From the human T2T-CHM13v2.0 reference genome, Homo sapiens, in assembly GCF_009914755.1 (NCBI RefSeq), contig NC_060925.1: a stretch of DNA of 64,000 nucleotides; one strand, given 5' to 3'. Shown piece after piece: positions 57,141 to 64,000 of this stretch. Both the position numbers and the translations under genes were made by a program. The first letter of the stretch is position 1, and every line of letters begins with the position of its first letter. The notes under the pieces are model-generated. The model saw only the letters and a list, made by a program, of their open reading frames with translations. It was not told where the DNA came from and did no database searches.

Positions 57141-58087
57141 GTTAATTCAAGGGTTCTAAAAAAATGAGATCTTGAATAATCATCTGTCAGGCAAACCAGG
57201 TCACTGGGGAGAAAGAGTAGAAGAACCAAAGGGCATAGAAAAGTGACCATCAGTCACACTGTGGCTGGACTTTAATGATAATTATCCACCCGCAGACTGC
57301 ACTCTCCAGCCAGATCTTCCAGCCACGAAAACTCACTGGAGGGAGAAATAATGATCAAGAAAACCGCCTATCACTGAGAGCAATAGAAAGTGGGGGCAGG
57401 GGTGAGTGTTTTATCAGCTCCTAAATAATCACCTACCTTCCTTTTGCTCAGTTACAAAGAGCCCATTGTAGCTGGGACTTTCTGATAACAAGGGATTCTT
57501 TCCTAATTACTATATGCTCTATTTCAGGTTCAGCAGAAAAGAAAATTAAAAAGCTCCATTTCACTGTGGGTTCAAATGAGTCAATCTTTCAGTCAATCAA
57601 GTATTAATTAAGACGTGCTAGGAAATACGGGGGAGGTAAAAGACATCCTCTCTTGTCTCAAGGATGATACCAGGGAAATAATTAGAGAATGATTTAAGAA
57701 CAATGAAAAGAATTTTAAAAAGCCTTCATGTGGACTTTCTTTGATTTTCTATTATGGAAGGTCTGGAATCTCCAGTTCCTTTATTCTTCTTTACTCTTTT
57801 CCCTTTCTTCTTTCCTTCCTTTTCTCTCTTTTCATCCCTAATTATCTTTTCTCCAGAGGGTCCAGACTATACACTCTAAGAATAGTTAGTTCTCCTCATG
57901 TTACCCTCAGGATTAATCATGAGAAATTATGTCTGATTCCCTGAAAATTCCAGCTGTACTAAATGTGAGTGAATACAATTTCTCCAGTCTGTTAGCAAGT
58001 CAACTTCCTCATATTTACCTCCTCAAGGTCAAGGAAATTTCCTAATTTTTCTTCTTATATGCCAGAAAACTTGTAGCCAAGAATTTT

Positions 58088-58310
58088 GCCAGCCTGGGCA
58101 ACATAGCAAGATCCTATCTCTACAAAAATAAAAATTAAAAAAATTAGCCAAGTGTGGTAGCACATGCCTGTAGTTCCAGCTACTCAGGAGGCTGAGGCAG
58201 GAGGATTGCTTGAGCCCGGGAGTTTGAGGTTACAGTGACTGCACCACTGCACTCCAGTCCAGGTGACAGGGTGAGACTTTGTCTCTAAAATAAAAAACAA
58301 ACAAAAAAAC
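58088..58310 (+). mobile_element. Partial AluJ
   Basis: ccagcctgggcaacatagcaag...ggaggattgcttgagccc. Confidence 0.8.
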
Positions 58311-60509
58311 CTGTCTCCACCACTAACATGGTGTGGGGTTTGGGGAACATTCACTTAAGTGCTTTTTCCATTTATTCTTCTGTAAACAAAGATATTGCCA
58401 TCTTTCTCAGAGGGCTAGGTGTTTTATTCACTGCGTTACATCATTTTACTCTCAGTATCTGGCACAGGGCCTGGTAGAAAGTGGACTGGCAGTAAGTACT
58501 TGCTGAATGGATGAATGAATTAATGCATCGCTGGGCAGAGTAAATGAGATAATGTGTGTGAAGCATGTTGTGTAAGTATATTTCACACAGTGGGTGCCTT
58601 AAAATTGCCTTGCCAACTGTAAAGCACTATATTTATTATTATACTATTCACATTGTGTGAAAGGTGAAAACATCCATTTGTGAAATAATTATTTTGCTCT
58701 AATTAGAGTTTGATCAGCTTTTCACTGAATTGGTGTAGAAAGTGAGTTAACCAGCCCCTAGTGAATCAGGGCAGCCACCTTAGCCTCTCCCCTGCCTTCC
58801 TGCTAACTTTATTTCCATTCACTCCCAGGTGCTTCTCCCTCTCTCGGCCCTCCTGACCTCCAGGATCGCATTTCTTAGGGGAGCCTTGTGTTGTCCATCA
58901 CTATCAATTTTCTCCTCTTCACTTCAGCTAGAATGCTCATTTGTTTTCTTTTGACAGTCCTCTTTTGATTTAGATACTTCAGGAGGCCAAAATCTCAAAA
59001 CAGAGGGTTGGCAAAAGTCTTATCACCTTTCACAGGAACAAGGAATGATCTGTTGAATCAAAAAGCCATCATTTGCTGAGTTCTTACTAAGTGTGCAACT
59101 CTGTGTGTGGAATCAAGGGTTTACAGACATGGTCTCATTCAACAACTCAAGAGATAGGCTTTTTTTCTATGCCCATCCTACAGATGAGGAAACTGAGGCT
59201 ATGAGAGATTTAAGTGATTCGCCCAAAGACATGGAGCTACTCAAGCGCAGAAAGACGTTTGACTCTAGTCCTCTCTGAGTCCAGAGATCCTACTGTAACC
59301 ACCATTCTCAGAATGCTGAGGACTTTAATTTCTGGATCTTCTAAGATGATGGGGTGTTCATCCAACTATTCATCTATCAACATGTAAAAGCCTGCCACGT
59401 GCGTCACACCCTGTGGGTGCACTCTTGATTACGATGCCTTCTGTGACCTCAAGGAGCTCATGTTTTAATAGGACCAAACACGTTGAAGAGAAGTGCAATA
59501 CAGCATCACTGATAACATGTATAACTCCATATATGCTGGGGCCCCAAGGCATGAAACTCACTGGCAGTCTGGGAGCTATGTCCAACCCACAGGCACTTTT
59601 ACTTTGTATTATTTTTCTGCTTCCTTTGGTTTCGTATCAAATTCTCAATCTTCAGCTAGTCCTAAGATTTGGCCACACTAACCTCCCACATGGCCACAAT
59701 CTGCTGGAGCTTTAAAAGGGCCTGTGTTCTCCCCATTCCCCGACCCCACACCCCAGTCCCCATCCTGCCTGCTTCACCCAGTCCCGTTCACCCACCTGGT
59801 CCCTGGAAGCATTTTAAGCTCACCTCCCCTGGATTATAAACTCACTCAGGAGTAGGAACTATGGTACATGTTCTCTGTGCTGTCATCTATGTAGAGAAGA
59901 GCCATGCAGGGGGCTTAAAAAATATAAATGAGGACAAAAGGCAAGCCTCACATAGCAGCTTTAACCTCCAGTTTGATGGACTGATCCTGATCTGTGGTTA
60001 ATCAGACAAATGATAAGGATGAGGGATGTTTGCAAGAGGAATTAATGCATATCAAAATGCCCCTGGGCACAATACAAACAGCTGGCCCAAGGGTGCAATT
60101 AAGCAAGGAGTCAGAGGACCCTCTCCTAGTCCCAGTTCAGTTGTCCTCCAGGCCTTTGACCTTGGGCAAAATCAGTTAAGCTTTCTGAGCCCTTTCCTCA
60201 TCTGAGAAATGAGGTTATTACTCATCCTGGATATCTCTCAAGATTACTGTGAAGAACAGACAAGACATGTGGAAGAACACTGAGCAGGGAAAATTGCAAT
60301 CTCAATGCAAAGTAGTGGTATTTTAGGGGATTATATTAAAAGGCTGAATTAAAGCTCAAAGTAGAACACTGAGCTTCTCTTACTGATGCAGTCCTCCACC
60401 CTCCTATCCCCCGCCTTTCCCCTAGTCTGTGGTTATTAGGAGCTACATTTCCAAAGTGGAGAATTCATAGGGGAACTCTAATACCACTTACACTTCTATT
60501 CGTCATCTG

Positions 60510-60541
<32 letters not shown>

Positions 60542-60965
60542 CATACATGATCTGACCACATCCTGGTATTAGTGCTAATAAAACCTGTAGCCATGGTTAC
60601 AGTGAACTATCTTGGTTATATAGTTCTCATTTTCACTTTTCAAAATAGTTTGGTAAAGGATTTTGGAGCCAATGTTTGTGGGTGTGGTAAAGTGTTTAGG
60701 TGAAGTTTTGTTTTTGGAGAGCCAGAAGCCGAGGCTCTGAGGTCATCTGTGAGTTAGGAGCGGTTGAGTGGGGCGTTGCCTTTTCTGTTCCACAAATAAA
60801 GGGAAACCTCTGCTTCTGGCCGACTCCAATAACTGATGCTTAAGTGTTCAAATGTCATATCCTCTTGGAGGGAAAAAATGTTTTTTGAAAAAGCATGAGA
60901 ACGACCAAACACTTGTGTCATTCAGGGTCTCCCACACAGGTAGTAATTAAAAGTTGCATAATTCT

Positions 60966-61761
60966 ATGCAGCCAACAGACACATGAAAAAATGCTCATCA
61001 TCACTGGTCATCAGAGAAATGCAAATCAAAACCACAATGAGATACCATCTCACACCAGTTAGAATGGCAATCATTAAAAAGTCAGGAAACAACAGGTGCT
61101 GGAGAGGATGTGGAGAAATAGGAACACTTTTACACTGTTGGTGGGACTGTAAACTAGTTCAACCATTGTGGAAGTCAGTGTGGCGATTCCTCAGGGATCT
61201 AGAACTAGAAATACCATTTGACCCAGCCATCCCATTACTGGGTATATACCCAAAGGATTATAAATCATGCTGCTATAAAGACACATGCACACGTATGTTC
61301 ATTGTGGCACTATTCACAATAGCAAAGACTTGGAACTAACCCAAATGTCCATCAATGATAGACTAGATTAAGAAAATGTGGCACATATATACCATGGAAT
61401 ACTATGCAGCCATAAAAAAGGATGAGTTCATGTCCTTTACAGGGACATGGATGAAGCTGGAAACCATCATTCTCAGCAGACTATTGCAAGGACAAAAAAC
61501 CAAACACCTCATGTTCTCACTCATAGGTGGGAATTGAACAATGAGAACACTTGGACACAGGAAGGGGAACATCACACACCGGGGCCCATCGTGGGGTCAG
61601 GGGAGGGGGAAGGGATAGCATTAGGAGATATACTTAATGTAATGACGAGTTAATGGGTGCAGCACATCAACATGGCACATGTATACATATGTAACAAACC
61701 TGCACGTTGTGCACATGTACCCTAGAACTTAAAGTATAATAAAAAATAAAAATAAAAAAAT
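60966..61761 (+). mobile_element. 5'-truncated L1PA (ORF2 C-terminus, 3'UTR and A tail), antisense to KIAA0040
   Basis: ORF 60983-61339 [29 protein letters not shown]... is L1 ORF2p with a premature stop; ends gtaccctagaacttaaagtataat plus A-rich tail; TSD AAAA(G/C)TTGCATAATTCT at 60949 and 61762. Confidence 0.95.
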
Positions 61762-62384
61762 AAAACTTGCATAATTCTCTTTAATACTAGAGACAGGAAC
61801 TTAAGAGTTCTGCAAACTTTGGGGCAATAACAGAATGACTGACATATTTCTTTTTGTTAGTGGTGGTGGGGGAGACATTTACAGGCTGGAATAGCTGAAA
61901 ACTAATGAAGTGGCAAAAATGTAAATTATGCAACTCAAAAGTGATACAGATATGGTTCTATTTTCCTTTCCATTTTGTCCTTTCATTTAATGTTAACAAA
62001 ATTTCGGGGCAATTAAAAGCCAAAAGCTACCTTACTGCAATATTAAGTCTTAAAATGCAAAGATCAAATCATAGAGGGAGTGAGCATAAATATTCTCATT
62101 CCAATAATAACTCACCTCTGTGGAATGTTCAGTGTGGTGGACTTCAGATTTGCCAGGCTTTGGATGGCAGCTTCCACCCCAGAGGGCAGTCTGTGCAGAG
62201 GAGTTCATATGTCTGAGGATAAACCTTTACTTCCTTTCTGCATGGGCTTAAATCTGCATTCCTAATGTTGCAGGGAGTGTTTTTTTATGGTTTTGATAAA
62301 TAATGGTTGATGAATGCAGAGAACATATATGAGTGAGCTAAAATACTTATTGAGTACACATCCAGTGTCAGGTTAAGTAGCATG

Positions 62385-62421
<37 letters not shown>

Positions 62422-63328
62422 TCAGCACCTTCTTTCTTTGATATAGATGACATATGCTTAGCCTCATCATGTGCAGTTTTAGTTGCCTCCATGCAGATAT
62501 TCTTGTCCCTAGGAATAGCCGTCATCTCTTCCCTGATGCCCTCAGCATGCCCAAACATTTTCCTCCCCATCCTTGAAATGCCCTTCCCAAAAGAGATGGC
62601 AAGTATTGCAAATTCCTGAATCGGGAGTATGTATGGAAGAAACTGCTTAAGCTGGGGATTGCAGGGGGGTATCCCATATTCACCCCCCTCGACACAGGGT
62701 TCCCTTAGCCTCATCCCCTCATTCTTTCCCATCCACCACCTCTGCTCCATCCATGCCTGGAGACCTCAAGGCTTTGTGGGAGACCCTCTGGAAAGCACTT
62801 AAGGCCACTGGGAGGTAGGGGGGATGGTGGGAGAGGCCAGGGAACTCAGCCCTTGTCTCTGGGCTCTCCATGATGTGGCCTCAGGGCTGAGCTGTCTGCA
62901 GGCCGACCACCAGACTTTAGGCTTTATCTCCCATTAGCAGCCCAGATACATTTTTTATCAGACCAACCCTCAAAGTATCAGGGTCTTGAAGAAATAACAC
63001 ATTAGGTGGGAATGCTTTGATAGAGCAAGACATTCTGAATGTTAGACCCTGCCCATGACAGTTAGAAGGCAGAAGATGCCATAGGGATGGCAGTTGGCCT
63101 AGAGCAGCCAGAGAAGAAAGTAGATGTCCTTGAAGTGCCTAATAGGGGTAGGCAGATTCTTCTCAAGAATCTGTGGGGCCTAGGCCCCCTGTTCTGGCTT
63201 TGACTTTTACCTGATTTTACTTATTTACATTCTCATAACTTGCCCTAGGAGCCAAATTCTTGGCTAAAGGGTAGTTTGAGTGCAGAGGAAGCTAATAGAT
63301 TGAGGAATGAGAAGAAGTTACAACTCAC

Positions 63329-63402
63329 TCAGTGTGTGTCCTTGGGAAGGTCACTCAGCTGCTTTGAGTCTCAGTTTCTTCATCTCCAAAATGGGGAACA
63401 AT
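63329..63402 (-). other. KIAA0040: KIAA0040 non-coding 5'UTR exon (74 nt), MIR-derived
   Basis: Minus strand ttttcttgtgtattcttctag|ATTGTT ... ACTGA|gtgagt; body is a MIR core (ctcagtttcttcatct..aaaatgggga). Confidence 0.65.
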
Positions 63403-64000
63403 CTAGAAGAATACACAAGAAAATGATAGCATGTACTGCCCCTTTGGAGGGAAATTGGGGGCAGTGCAGGAAGGGAGACTGGCTTTTCTCTCATTCCTTT
63501 GGTACCATTCTGAATGACTGATCACATGCATACACTTTCTAAATTAAACCAACAACTGGAAGTGAGTACCTGCTCACAGGGTCCTTAGGTAAAAGCACAT
63601 AGTGAATGTAATGTGTGTCTGGGCTGTTAGGAACTGTACAAATATTTAGAGTCATAATTGGTATTATTCCCAGCAGTTGCAGGGATGTGGCAAAAAACAA
63701 AAGTCACTCCTCAATTCTGCCTGGTAGTCAAAGTGGCCTGAAATTCTTGGGAAATTTGCTCCAATGTTGGGAGGTCTTCCTGCCTCCAACCCAGAATGGC
63801 TGGATGGAGACCACTCCTAAATCCCCTCTACAACCAGGCCAGCCCCTTCACCTACTTGTGTAGTGGAGCTGAGGCTGCTGCTGGGTAACTTGAATCCTCC
63901 ATGTGTACAAATGACCCCAGGTTTCCAAGGGCTAGCGGGCCATGTCCACTCTGCTGAGCAAGTTCTGACAAGCACATTCCATCCACTGCCAGGAGGCAGG

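Noticed and set aside
59394-59408. E-box plus CRE half-site (CCACGTGCGTCAC)
   Set aside because: A single short motif, expected by chance in 64 kb, with no supporting context
60983-61653. Reverse-transcriptase-related gene or active L1
   Set aside because: Only ~0.8 kb of a 5'-truncated L1 with a premature stop; inactive

Overview
Human (or very closely related primate) genomic DNA; the gene content matches the TNN-KIAA0040 locus on 1q25. The + strand carries the last ten exons of TNN (tenascin-N/tenascin-W). These are three near-identical FNIII exons, one FNIII domain split over two exons, and five fibrinogen-globe exons ending at TGA 32811-32813, followed by a ~1 kb 3'UTR. The - strand carries the convergent KIAA0040 gene: two non-coding 5'UTR exons (63329-63402, 52297-52472) and a terminal exon with a 96-aa single-pass membrane microprotein ORF (46458-46748) and a ~3-4 kb 3'UTR. 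Its promoter appears to lie beyond the right edge. The rest is typical primate interspersed repeats (Alu, L1, L2, MIR, MER41 LTRs, MLT1, Tigger3, MER5/MER3/MER33) and microsatellites. I see no bacterial-type system. The most notable unexplained structures are: (i) a 15-unit ~46-bp intergenic minisatellite that is effectively an array of palindromic metal-response-element cores; (ii) a ~72-bp piece of TNN 3'UTR copied into the middle of an Alu 1.8 kb downstream; (iii) one uORF in each KIAA0040 5'UTR exon; (iv) exon-restricted homogenisation of the TNN FNIII repeats; (v) a G-RKKR processing motif in the TNN C-terminal tail. All alignments and counts were done by eye, and repeat subfamily calls need RepeatMasker/Dfam confirmation.
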